Shown: positions 27,093 to 38,320 of the stretch, one piece after another
Position numbering within the stretch: position 1 is the first letter of the stretch
How the letters are laid out: every line of letters starts with the position of its first letter
Assembly (NCBI GenBank): GCA_963771045.1
Contig: CAVYRW010000004.1
Coordinates: forward strand, 96,001-160,000
Direction of reading: 5' to 3'
DNA: 64,000 nucleotides
Source of the DNA: Waddliaceae bacterium
GTDB lineage: Bacteria > Chlamydiota > Chlamydiia > Chlamydiales > SLFE01
Translations under genes and position numbers: made by a program
Notes under the pieces: model-generated
Told to the model about the DNA's origin: nothing
What the model saw: the letters and a program-made list of their open reading frames with translations, nothing else
The model's database searches: none

Positions 27093-29608
27093 CCCGCATT
27101 TCACACGCCTTCTCACTTTATTCCTGATGGCTTTTTGCACTGTGGCTCAGGCGCAAACCATTGCCGAAAAGAAAAAAGGGCTGGCCAAAGGGGTGACCGA
27201 TCTGGGTCCAAAGCTTGAAGCGGATTTGATTGAGGTGAATCAGCAGCTGGAGCTGAAAAGGGAAAATTTAAATGAGCTTTACGCCGATGTTGACGAGCTT
27301 TACAAAATCGGAGCTCCCGCCGAATGCTTCGAAGAGCTTGTTCAATTGATTAACAAAACGCGAAGCGAAATCAGGGAAATCAACCAAAAATGGCAGGAGA
27401 TTGCCAGCCAGTCGGCCAGAACCGATATTTACGCCCTCTGGCATCAGCCGGAACGACTATCGATCAGCTTGTCATCGACTACGGTTCCCAGGATTTTGTA
27501 TATGTCATGCCACCGAACATCGGTGAAATGAAAATCAGCGTCAATTCGAACATACCCATTCCCCAAGCCTCGTGGGAGAGTATGCTCGATTTGATTCTGA
27601 CTCAAAATGGCATCGGCACTCGTCAGCTGAATCCCTTTTTGCGGGAGCTTTATCTTTTCAGTGAAGAAAGCAGTCCTGTCAACTACATAACAGACAATCC
27701 CTCTGACCTCGAGTTTCTTCCTCAAAATCAGCGGGTCGCTTTTTTGATCACTCCCGACCCCTCCGATGTCCGCAGGTCCTGGACATTTCTGAACAAATTT
27801 ATCAATCCCATGACGACAAAGATCGAACAGGTCGGCAGGGAAATTCTTGTGGTTTCCCAGGTCGGGGAGATTCAGGATTTGCTCAAGCTTTATAATTTTG
27901 TCGCGACGACAAAAAACACCAAAAGCTATAAGCTTGTCCCACTGTCTAAAATTAAAGCGGAAGAAATGGCGAAAGTCATTTCGGCTATGTTCGACCAGAT
28001 GTCGGAAGAGGCGGTCGTTTTTGAAAAGGGAAAAACTCCTCCGAAACAATCCGGATTCCAGACCTTGTCAACGGGCTAAAGATTATCATTTTAGACACAC
28101 TGTCTCAGGCTGTCTTTCTTGTCGGAACCGAGGAGGAAATCAGAAAAGCCGAGCAAATGATTTGCAATATTGAAAGCAAAATCGGCGGCGGACGGGAAAA
28201 AATGATCCATTGGTATCGCGCTAAACACTCCTCTGCAGAAGAGCTTGCTGATACCTTGCAGCAAGTTTATACTGCAATGGTGACTCAAAAGATCGGAGTG
28301 GCCAAAAGGCCCGGACAAAACGGACAGCCTCCCTATCCAGGCTCCGACGTCAATCAAAATGTCAATTTCAATGAACTTGAAAGGCCCCAAGAGCCCTTTC
28401 CGATTTTCAACGACAACTATTATGTCTACGGAGAACCGGTTGTCTACGCTCCTCCGATTGATCCGGGAGCGGCTGTCAACGAACCGCCTCCTGTCCAAAA
28501 ACAAAACCCTAACTTCATCGTCGATGAGAAAACAGGGTCTATCATCATGGTCGTGGAGAAGGAGCTGCTTCCCCGCCTGATGGAGATCATTTTCAAACTT
28601 GACGTTCCCAAGAAAATGGTGCAGATCGATGTTCTTGTATTCGAAAGGCGGACGAGGGAGCAGACCGATTACGGCCTCAACCTCCTCAAAATCGGCGGCT
28701 GCGCCAGCCAGTCGCGCCTCACTTGCATTGACTGGGACCAGCCTGCGGCGCTCGGCATCTTTGAATTTTTGCTAAGTCGCCCTAAAACTTGCGGAGGATT
28801 TCCCGCATTTGATTTAGTTTACAAATTTCTGCTGACCCAGGAAAATTTGACAGTCAATGCCAACCCGTCGGTAGTCACGATCAATCAGACCCCTGCCGAA
28901 ATCAGTATCCGAGAAGAAATTTCGATACAGACAGGAATCAATTTCATCGCCACTACCAACGCCAATACCCCGCAAGATACTTTTAAGAGGGAACAGTTTG
29001 GAATTACGATTAAAGTGACCCCGACAGTCCATCTGTGGAATGAGGATGAAGAGTTTATCGATGGCGACGATGTCGACTATATCACTTTGCAAACCTATAT
29101 CAACTTCGACACGATCGAACCCACGCCCCAGTCTCCCAGCCGTCCCAATGTTTTGCGAAGGGAGCTTGAGAACGAAGTGCTCATCGCCGATGGACAGACA
29201 GTGGTTATGGGCGGCCTTAGGAGAAAAATCAGCAATGACGCCAAGCAGTCGATTCCCTTTTTCGGAGAAATTCCCGGATTTGGAAAATTGTTCAGCATGA
29301 ATGAAATGGAAGACAGAACCACCGAATTGATCATCTTTATGACTCCGCAGATTATCCACGACCCCTGCGAGGATATCGAAAAAATCAAGTTTCAAAAAGT
29401 CAGCGAGAGGCCCGGTGAGCTGCCCTCCTTTTTATGCCGCCTGAACGAGTCTCTTGAGTGCTATCAGCGCCGCGCGTTTGCTCAAACGATTAAGATTTTG
29501 TGCGGCAATCCCCACACCCACTATTACCCGACGCAAATAGGATGTGTTCCCGCGCCCGTTAAACGAGGGGAGTGGTCTTGTTTTTGCGGAGACTACGATG
29601 GACGTTAG
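27082..29608 (+). CDS. gspD: Type II secretion secretin, in three frames
   Basis: LDVPKKMVQIDV, GITIKVTP, DGQTVVMGGL, IPFFGEIPGFGKLF, ELIIFMTPQII. Confidence 0.9.
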
Positions 29609-31326
29609 AGAGTGGTACGAGGAAGGCAGAAAATGGCTGGAAAAACTCGCCAAAAAGCCTTCGGGGAAGGGGACGCCCAAAAAAGAGCCTGAGGAAAACG
29701 CCCATGGGGGGCTTAGCATCGGCGATGAGCTTGTACGGCAGGGAGTTCTCGGCGGCGATGATGTCAGCGAGAATTTAGCTAAGCAATTCGGCATGCCGAT
29801 CATTAAAGATGCGGCCATGATCAACCTCCCCCGCGAGCTTTACAAAAAAGTTCCTTACAGCTTCGTGAAAAAACACAACGTCATTCCTATCGACAAAGAC
29901 AATGGGGAGGTCGTTGTTGCCGTTTCCGATCCTCTCAATTTAGAGCCTCTTGAAGAACTGCAGATGATTCTCGAAACACCCGTAAGGGCTGTCTACAGCC
30001 CCAAAGATCTCATTTTATCTGCAATCAACGACTGCTACAATACCGAGCATGGCGCCGCCTCGCAGCTTCTTGCCGACCTTGGAGAACAGGAAGGGGAAGC
30101 CGAAGGCGAGACGGATATTGAATCCTATGACCTTCTTGACGATACATATGAACACTCGCCCATTGTCAAGCTTCTCAATTTGATTCTGACAGAAGCAATC
30201 CAGCAAAACGCCTCGGATATTCACTTCGAGCCTTTGGAAGATACTCTCCGCGTCCGCTATAGGATCGACGGCGTTTTGCACACGAGGCACACCCCCGCCT
30301 CTGAATATCAATCGCAGCTTTTGACTCGGATCAAGGTTATGGCAAAATTAGACATAGCCGAAAGGAGGCTTCCCCAGGATGGCCGGATCAAGCTCAGAAT
30401 GGGAAGGCGCGACATTGATTTTCGGGTGAGCACCGTTCCGATTGTCAACGGCGAGAGGATCGTCCTCCGAATTTTGGACAAAGGGAACATAACGCTCGGA
30501 CTCAATCAGCTTGGCATGCTCGATTCCACTTTGAAAGAATTTAGAAGGCTCATCCACCTTCCCGAAGGAATCATTCTGGTTACCGGCCCCACCGGAAGCG
30601 GAAAAACAACGTCTCTTTACAGCGCCGTTAGCGACCTTTATTCCGAAGAGACAAATATTATGACCATTGAAGATCCGGTGGAGTATAATTTAAAAGGAAT
30701 CGCCCAAATCGGCGTCCGCCCTAAAATCAACCTCACTTTTGCGGCCGGTCTGCGTCATATTCTTCGGCAGGATCCCGATGTCGTGATGGTTGGAGAGATT
30801 CGGGATTTGGAAACAGCCGAGATCGCAATTCAGGCCTCTCTTACCGGCCACCTCGTGCTGAGTACCCTGCATACCAATGATGCGCCGTCGGCAATGACCA
30901 GGCTTGTCGACATGGGAATCGAACCTTATCTGCTATCTTCTAGCGTTGTCGGCGTGATGGCCCAGCGTCTTGTCCGAAAGATTTGTCCCCGTTGCAAAGA
31001 ATCCTACCATGCCGACCGATGCGGAGCTTAAAGGGATCGGAATTGTCCGCGGCATGATCCCCGGAGGAAAACTTTACAGGGGAAAAGGCTGTCCAGATTG
31101 CTACCAGTCGGGTTATCAGGGGCGCCACGGCGTTTACGAGCTGCTGACGATAAACAGCTTTTTGCAGCAGCAAATCGTCAAGAGTCCCGACGCTGTGCAA
31201 ATGCGGCAGGAGGCAGTCAAGCATGGGATGGAGACGCTTCGCTGCCATGGGGCCGAGCTTGTTCTTCAGGGCATTACGACAGAAGCGGAAGTGCTGAGAG
31301 TGATAAGAGGGGTGGATGAGGAATAA
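29598..31326 (+). CDS. gspE: Type II secretion ATPase, frameshift near 31010
   Basis: ASDIHFEP, RLPQDGR, GPTGSGKTT, LRQDPDV, LSTLHTND. Confidence 0.95.
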
Positions 31327-32513
31327 TGCCGCTTTACTACTACCACGCGCTTGACGCCAAAGCTAAAAAAGAAAAAGGAGTGATCGAGGCTCAAAATGAA
31401 AAGGAGGCCAAACGAAAACTCCGCGACCGGGGTCTTATGGTCAGCAGTCTTTCGACAAAAGTCAAAGTCTCCTCTAAAGAGAACCTCAAAGCCGAAGCCC
31501 TTTTGACATTCACTATGCAGCTCTCGCAGCTGATCAATGCCGGCGTTCCCCTTTACCAGAGCCTTTTGGCTATCGAAGAGCAAAACAACAAAGAGCCTTA
31601 TCACCGTATTTTGATCAGCCTCTGCGATCAGATCAAGGGGGGAAGTTCCCTTTCCGAAGCCATGCGCGCCTACCCACGCAGTTTCAACCGTCTTTACACA
31701 TCCCTCATTGCCGCCGGGGAAGCTTCGGGAGCTCTCGGTATGGTTCTCGAAAGATTAAGGGAGCTCTTTGCCAAGCAGATGAAACTGAAAAAAGACATCT
31801 CGACTGCCATGATTTATCCCTCGATTTTGGCAGGGTTTTCTCTTTTGGTTATCGGTCTGCTTCTCGGTTTTGTGGTCCCCTCGATTGAAGGGATTTTCGC
31901 CGACCGCAAACTTAACGGATTTACTCAATTTGTTTTGAACCTGAGCCATTTTTTCCGCGATTGGTGGATCGTGTATCTCCCGCTTCTTGCCGGAGCGGTC
32001 GGCTATGCTTTTTGGGAATTCCGCACCGAGAAAGGGCGCATCAGGGTCGAGAAGCTGCTGATGAGAATCCCGATCATTAGCACTCTGATGGTTCAGGCCG
32101 CTGTGGCCCGTTTTTCAAGAACTATGGCATCTCTGCAGCAGGGAGGTCTGACGCTTATCGAATCGCTCCGAATGTCCAGGGAGGTGCTAAACAACCGGCT
32201 GCTCGAGGGAGAAATGCTCGAGGCGGAAAAAAGCATCATTGACGGAAGTTCTCTTAGCGCCGAGATCAAAAAATCGCGCTACATACCTTCGATGGTTTCC
32301 CGAATGCTCGCCATCGGAGAAGATTCCGGAAGCACCGTTGCCATGCTGAGCAGCATAGCCGACATGTACGAGGAGTCGCTGGACAAAACCTTAAACCGCG
32401 TCGTCGCGCTCGCCCAGCCGGTCATCCTTATCATTATGGGGGGCATCATCGGCCTCGTCATGATGGCCATACTCCTCCCCCTCTCGGATATCGCCTCATT
32501 CACTGCGGGCTGA
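31326..32513 (+). CDS. gspF: Type II secretion inner-membrane platform protein
   Basis: AGEASG, AMIYP, GEDSG, three TM segments. Confidence 0.95.
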   Translation: MPLYYYHALDAKAKKEKGVIEAQNEKEAKRKLRDRGLMVSSLSTKVKVSSKENLKAEALLTFTMQLSQLINAGVPLYQSLLAIEEQNNKEPYHRILISLCDQIKGGSSLSEAMRAYPRSFNRLYTSLIAAGEASGALGMVLERLRELFAKQMKLKKDISTAMIYPSILAGFSLLVIGLLLGFVVPSIEGIFADRKLNGFTQFVLNLSHFFRDWWIVYLPLLAGAVGYAFWEFRTEKGRIRVEKLLMRIPIISTLMVQAAVARFSRTMASLQQGGLTLIESLRMSREVLNNRLLEGEMLEAEKSIIDGSSLSAEIKKSRYIPSMVSRMLAIGEDSGSTVAMLSSIADMYEESLDKTLNRVVALAQPVILIIMGGIIGLVMMAILLPLSDIASFTAG

Positions 32514-32515
32514 TT

Positions 32516-32683
32516 TAAACCCGTGATTGTGACCTAATCTGAGGCTGGGCACTACAGCTGAAGGTCATTTTTCGATAAATTTCTCCTCCGGCATGTCTCA
32601 AGACATGCCTCTCGTCAAGACTTTTGAAATCTAACCTCCATCTGTAGCGCCCAGCCTCAGATTAGGTCACAATCATGAGTTAA
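32516..32683. repeat. MITE-like long palindrome, family B
   Basis: AACCCGTGATTGTGACCTAATCTGAGGCTGGGCACTACAG ... CTGTAGCGCCCAGCCTCAGATTAGGTCACAATCATGAGTT, with an inner GGCATGTCT/AGACATGCC stem. Confidence 0.85.
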
Positions 32684-32800
32684 AGAAAATATTTGACAAA
32701 TTTCGTTAAATTAAAGTTTGTCTTACATATAAGATATTTAAAAAAAATCCGAGAATAGTGTATTATTAAACTTTATCATTTAATTAAGAGGTATTTCACT

Positions 32801-33203
32801 ATGAAGAAAGTCGCTAAAAGATTTGTCACCCTCATCGAAATGATGATTGTTATGTTTTTAATTGCTCTTATCATCGGCGTCGTGGCTTATAACTATCAGG
32901 GGACCCTTGAAGAAGGAAAAGCCTTCAAAACAAAGACAGGAAAGGAAAAGCTCGAAACAATTCTTAATCTCGTTGTATCAGAAAGGCCTGAAGCCGAAGA
33001 TGATATCGAAATTAGATGGGCCGATTATGTCAAAGTCTTCTCCCCTTGTTCAAAATGCCGACACATTGATGAAAGACGGCTGGGGACAAAAATACGTTGT
33101 GAAATATGAAGACGGGAAGATAAAAGTTTCATCCAGGCGCTACGAAGAATACAAAAAGAAGAATCCTGCAACGATGTTTAGCGATAATTCTGAGCAAGAG
33201 TGA
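32801..33203 (+). CDS. Major pseudopilin (GspG-like), frameshifted
   Basis: FVTLIEMMIVMFLI prepilin motif; KDGWG in the second frame. Confidence 0.82.
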
Positions 33204-33780
33204 TGGTTCGTAAAAAATTCTTTACAATGATGGAAATGCTGATCGTTTTGGCCATCCTGACGCTTGTGGCCGGCGCTGCGGGGTACAACGTTCTGAAAAT
33301 GCGGCAGCAGCAGCAATTCCAAGCCGGGACCGTCTTGGTAGAACAGAAACTTCAGGCGGCGCTCGAAACCATGTTGATTCATCATAACAATGTCCGCGTG
33401 ATCTTTGACACTGAAGGTAATAAGCTGAAAGTTACAGCCGAGACTGAAACTCCCTTGGAAAAGGGGATGGGAAAGCTTCTTATTGCCAATCCGGTCATCG
33501 AAGGTGTGAGACAGGCGGTTTGGGAGCCTTATGGCAGCCAGCGGCCAAGCGGGAAGCCGATTCTGGTTCTTTTCCGCGGCAGCGGCAGCTACTCCAAAGG
33601 GCACTCTATATCTCTTATGGTCGGGACGCCTCTGACAAAAAAACCATCGTGCTGAAAGGGTATCCGCATTCTATTAAAATCACAGATGATGCGATTTATG
33701 AGCCGAAAGAAGAGCTTGCCAGTGAAGAAATGTATCCTAAAGAGGTCCGCCAGCTTTGGAGATCGGAAATCAAGCAGTGA
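33200..33780 (+). CDS. Minor pseudopilin, frameshifted
   Basis: FFTMMEMLIVLAIL. Confidence 0.75.
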
Positions 33781-34223
33781 AGATAAAAAAAAGACATATC
33801 CTTTTACTTGAAGTTCTCATTGCGCTTGTATTGGTCTCCCTATGCGCTTTTCCGCTGCTTGCTCCTCACTTTATGATGATTAACCAGGAAAAACTTCTAC
33901 TCGGGGAAATCGAGGCCGATAGGTTGGCAAATGAGATTTTTGTCAACATCGCGGAAAAAATGTACACCGGAGAAATTTCCTGGGAAGCGCTAGGCAGCCG
34001 GGAATCCAGGAGGGTGGATGGAGCCTTGTTAAATGAAGTCGCCATTCCGCCGCATTGGCCTTATGAGATGACCTATCATTTTGGCGATCCTAAGCTGAAA
34101 CCTGATAAAAAGAATCCCCGGTTAGGCCTTTTTCCACTGTGGATTGAAATGACGCCAAAAAAAGGAAAGGCAATCCGGCTGTTTTATGAAGTCTTTGTAG
34201 AAAAAGGGAAAGCGGAGGCGGCA
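33777..34223 (+). CDS. Minor pseudopilin; reads in-frame into the next pseudopilin with no stop
   Basis: HILLLEVLIALVLV. Confidence 0.65.
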
Positions 34224-34914
34224 ATGAAGAGGGTTAAAAAACACTTTGTCACATTGCTCGAGCTGCTTATTGCTCTTGGTTTGACCGCGGTTTTGCTGGC
34301 GGCTCTTCTCGGATATTATCAGCAGGCTTCCTACGCCCAGCTTGAAGTTCATAAAAAACAGGAGAAGAATTTCGAGCTTCTCTATGCTCAGTATCGCTTG
34401 AACCGCATCATTCCGACAATATTGAATCCCTCTCACAAGGATAATAAAAATCTGGGAATTTTCTTTTACACAAAACCGAGCAGAGACGCCTCAAGAAAAG
34501 TCAGGCAGTCTGATCTTCGATTACGACAACGGCACAGGGGCCGGATCGCTGTTTTCCAATGAAGTGCTGGCAAAGCTTTTTGTTGACAGCGAGGGGCAGC
34601 TCACGCTTTTGACCTGGCCTGTTCCGGCGCGCTTCGAGGATCCCGAACCTCCCATGAGGCAGGAGGTGCTGCTTTCAAATGTCGAAGATGTAAAATTTTG
34701 GTTGTACCGAGCTATTCCCAGGGATAAAAAAGGACTGGAAACCAACCCTGAAGCAAAAACCGGAGAGTATAATCAGTGGTTTTCCGAATGGCCGGTTGAA
34801 GAGAGGGAGCTGCCTGCTCTCCTAAAAATAGTTGTGGTCATAAAAGGCAAAGAAGAGCCTGTCGTATACGCGTTTATGCTGCCCAACGCCTCGGAGCATA
34901 TTTTTTACCCATGA
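34224..34914 (+). CDS. Minor pseudopilin, frameshifted near 34500
   Basis: FVTLLELLIALGL; C-terminal part in ORF 34564..34914. Confidence 0.7.
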
Positions 34915-35810
34915 ATGTTTTACCCATAGTCTTTTCTATCCTGATGCTTTTGGCGATTATGACATACAGCCAGCTGCAGACATTTTTGTTTCGAAGCCAA
35001 ATCCGTAAGGAGTATACCTGCTATCTGGAGAACCGCTCCCGAAATTCTGTCAATTCCCTTCAGGAAAATCTGTACGACTCCCTCAATGTAAAAGGAAAAA
35101 GCAATAAGAATCCCTCAGATCATGCAACAGCTTTAAGTTTCATCAGCATCCACTGGTTTTTGGATGAGCCGCGCAGCGATCAGCATTGGAGCTATCTTCA
35201 GGCAAACAACGAAATCGTCAGAAGGCTTTTCGACATCATCTATGGAGATCGGAAATTTTATCGGGAAGCCGAAGAGAAAAGACCAGATATCGTCAATGAA
35301 GTCTGGCAGGCGGTGATTGAAGAACTCAAGGAAAAAAAAGCGCATAATGAGACCCTTGGAAAAATTCAACATATTGCCAATCTCCAACTTCAGGATCCTG
35401 TGCTGGCGCAATTTTGGGCTCAGCTTTTGAAGTATGATGAAACACCGGAAAGCATTGAAGCGGAATGCGGATCCAAAGAGGTAAAGGATGTCCAGAAGAC
35501 GGTATCCTACTATCCCAACCTGCTCGATTTTTTAACAAATAAAAAGATCACATCCCAATCCTACCGTGTATGGCTTCTTAAAAAACCGCTCCTTATGGCG
35601 ATTTTTCAGGATGAAGGCGTTGCCAATGACATCATCAGGGATAGGCGGGTGTTTTATAATGAACTTGACAAAGCCGAGAAGAACCACAGAGGGGAGCGTA
35701 AACAGGATTTGGAGATAAAATTCGAAAACTTGTTTAAGAACAAAATTCCCTCCGATATACCTCAAGGCATGGTGAATTTTCAGGTTTCTTTGTCTCGTCC
35801 CCCGAAATGA
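34911..35810 (+). CDS. Membrane-anchored protein ending the pseudopilin cluster
   Basis: ATGA overlap with the previous gene; N-terminal TM. Confidence 0.65.
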   Translation: MNVLPIVFSILMLLAIMTYSQLQTFLFRSQIRKEYTCYLENRSRNSVNSLQENLYDSLNVKGKSNKNPSDHATALSFISIHWFLDEPRSDQHWSYLQANNEIVRRLFDIIYGDRKFYREAEEKRPDIVNEVWQAVIEELKEKKAHNETLGKIQHIANLQLQDPVLAQFWAQLLKYDETPESIEAECGSKEVKDVQKTVSYYPNLLDFLTNKKITSQSYRVWLLKKPLLMAIFQDEGVANDIIRDRRVFYNELDKAEKNHRGERKQDLEIKFENLFKNKIPSDIPQGMVNFQVSLSRPPK

Positions 35811-35839
35811 ACGGGGAGATTTCTTTTCTCCCCGTTTTT
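35810..35839 (+). terminator. Intrinsic terminator
   Basis: AACGGGGAGA-loop-TCTCCCCGTT followed by a T-run, between convergent genes. Confidence 0.8.
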
Positions 35840-35849
35840 GTCGTTAAAC

Positions 35850-37307
35850 CTAATCAATCTCGATCTCAGCTGAGAGGATCATCTCATTGCTGACTATCCA
35901 TCCCTTCTTATGGTCGAGCAGATCGTCAATACGGATCAACTTCTTGCCGATTTTAAGTTTCGAATCCTCTTCTGCCAAATTGTCCGGACATTCCCCGTCT
36001 TGAATTTTGGTTGTGATACATTTGTTAATATGTTTTTCTCTATCAAATTGATTGACCAAGCTCAATTTTAGGGCAACACAAAAGTCTTCCTGATTACCGT
36101 CTTCAGTTGTTAAAAGGTCGTTGCTCTCAAGGAAAAATTGCAGGTAGTTGTCGGATGTAACCGAACACGTTAAAATGTATTCATGCTTATATAAACATTT
36201 ACGTTCAAATCCCGTAGTTTTCTTGACTTTTCCCTCTTTCATATTTTCGATTAAGTAGTTCATGTCGTCAAGTCTCCAGAAAGTCTTGACCCTGTTGCCG
36301 TCAAATTCCGACTTCTCATTGTAATTATTCGGCTTCCAATCGGTTGGAAAATAAGACGACTCGACAAACGCCCTTTTGCAATGATCTTTTTCATAGAGAT
36401 CGCATTTCGTTTTATATTGTTTATATGATGGACTGCTTGCAAGTTTTTCGGTGAAAGTCTTAGCAAAGTTTTGTAATTCTTTATTGGACAAAAGATTAAT
36501 TCCTATAACATCCAGCATGTGCATTGGGTGTATCGAAGAGAAGTCGATCGTGTCGATGAGCCGCCGTCCATTCTCTGAAGTCAGTGAGCGGAGAAATTCT
36601 CCTAGCAATTTATCATCAGGACAATTTGTCTTTCCCCATATTAGTATCAAATTAAGCAGCTCATATTCCGTTTTAACATTGATAGAAGAATTTTCCAGAA
36701 GCTCAAAAAGATGATCGAGTGAAATGTGGGGGAATAGAGGTGATTTCTTCAGGCTTTGAGCATTGTTTAATAAAAAGTTGAGTACATATTTATTTAAGAA
36801 CGGAATGCCCTTCTTCCACAACTTTAAACAAATATCGATATGGCCTGCTGATTCGATAAAGTTGACACATTCATACAAAACATCTTCGACTTTCCACTTA
36901 TGAGCGACTCGGGCAATCGCCTCAATGTTTTGATCCGTCAATTCAATTTTGCCGGAATATAAATATTCGATAATCGGCCTCGCACCTTCGACAGGCTGAT
37001 TGACTGTTGCCGCATTGTCCAGAAGGCCGCCCCCTCCAAGTACGGAAACTTTGTCTGCAATTTCCTCATGGCATCGGATAAATTTCCCATTGTTTAAATA
37101 GATCGTGAAATCAGCTCTCTTTTCCGTCCATTCCTCTGGCAGATCAAGGCGGACCTCTTCAGGTGTATAGCGCTTTATCCTTTTGTTGTTGACACCCTCC
37201 GGCTGTTTCTGCTTTATGATTTCTCGCTTTTTAAACTGATTGATTTTGTCGGGCTCTTGTTGCTTTTCTTTATATTTCTCGCTAAATAACCAACTAATCG
37301 GATTCAT
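35850..37307 (-). CDS. Eukaryote-like BTB-BACK protein with probable C-terminal MATH/TRAF domain
   Basis: ADFTI, IIEYLYSGKIELT, LENSSINVKTEYELLNLILIW, FCVALKLSLVNQ, KKGWIVSNEMILSAEI. Confidence 0.75.
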   Translation of the reverse strand: MNPISWLFSEKYKEKQQEPDKINQFKKREIIKQKQPEGVNNKRIKRYTPEEVRLDLPEEWTEKRADFTIYLNNGKFIRCHEEIADKVSVLGGGGLLDNAATVNQPVEGARPIIEYLYSGKIELTDQNIEAIARVAHKWKVEDVLYECVNFIESAGHIDICLKLWKKGIPFLNKYVLNFLLNNAQSLKKSPLFPHISLDHLFELLENSSINVKTEYELLNLILIWGKTNCPDDKLLGEFLRSLTSENGRRLIDTIDFSSIHPMHMLDVIGINLLSNKELQNFAKTFTEKLASSPSYKQYKTKCDLYEKDHCKRAFVESSYFPTDWKPNNYNEKSEFDGNRVKTFWRLDDMNYLIENMKEGKVKKTTGFERKCLYKHEYILTCSVTSDNYLQFFLESNDLLTTEDGNQEDFCVALKLSLVNQFDREKHINKCITTKIQDGECPDNLAEEDSKLKIGKKLIRIDDLLDHKKGWIVSNEMILSAEIEID

Positions 37308-37466
37308 GATAACCTCCTGTTAAAATCTTTGGAGATTATCAAATTACATATTTAAAGTTATAGGAAAAAAAGTGAGAATTTGAACTAAAAACTTTTGGGA
37401 CTGGTTAAAGAATTATTTTTTCCTCTCTGCGCTCCTTAGGGAAAATTGCTTTAGCTCAGGCCATTG

Positions 37467-38264
37467 TCAATGTTTTTTTCCGGAGTTTGAATTTTTTTGG
37501 ATAGTCTTATCATCTTCGATCTGCTTGGAATAAGAAGCGGTTATTTTGTCAAAGATTTTGCTGCGAATACGATGCAGCACTTTAAGCTGGTAGTTTAAAA
37601 TTTCGCATAAATTCTTTTGCTTGTTTTTTTCAGCCGATTGAATTTTTTCATCAAGCAACTTTGTGTTTAATTTATCTTCTAGGAGTTGAACGGATTTCTT
37701 AATCTGTTGAGCCTCTATATAAGAAAAACAAACTTTTTTATATAATTTATATTGAGTTATCAGATATCGAATTCTACCTATATATTCATTGGCATTTGCT
37801 ACACATTTCTTCTCAAGACAGATTTTGGCAGCCTGTTTGTATAGCGGGTCACTGAGCTTAGAGGAGCGGATTTGTTCTATAATTCCCACTGCTTTTTTAA
37901 CGTTTGCCTTCTTAAAATAATGTTTGGCAACTTGCGCGTACAGAGGATCGCGCCGGTCGGGTGATGGGATTTTTCCTATGATAGCAATAGCCTTGAGAAT
38001 TTTCCCTTTTTTAAAATATTCTATAACTTGTTCATTTAACGAAAGATTTGCTTTTACTGACGCGATGCCTCTTGTGTTGAGTTCCGGCATACAATGAGTA
38101 ATTCGAACACTTCCTTTGACAGTATATGTTTTGCTATTTCTTAAAGGCGACTGGTATTGGCATCCCGGTTTAAGCTGAATGCTTTTGGCTTCAGGAAATT
38201 TTTTTTGCAATATATTTCTTGTCTGATTGACTAATGGATCCTGATGAAAAAGTGTTGTACCCAT
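37467..38264 (-). CDS. Hypothetical basic helical-repeat protein
   Basis: Repeated KAxxIIxxI...DPLY units. Confidence 0.6.
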   Translation of the reverse strand: MGTTLFHQDPLVNQTRNILQKKFPEAKSIQLKPGCQYQSPLRNSKTYTVKGSVRITHCMPELNTRGIASVKANLSLNEQVIEYFKKGKILKAIAIIGKIPSPDRRDPLYAQVAKHYFKKANVKKAVGIIEQIRSSKLSDPLYKQAAKICLEKKCVANANEYIGRIRYLITQYKLYKKVCFSYIEAQQIKKSVQLLEDKLNTKLLDEKIQSAEKNKQKNLCEILNYQLKVLHRIRSKIFDKITASYSKQIEDDKTIQKNSNSGKKH

Positions 38265-38320
38265 AATTTCCTTAAAGTAAATTTTTTTCGTGTTATGATA
38301 CTCAATATAATAAATTTTTA

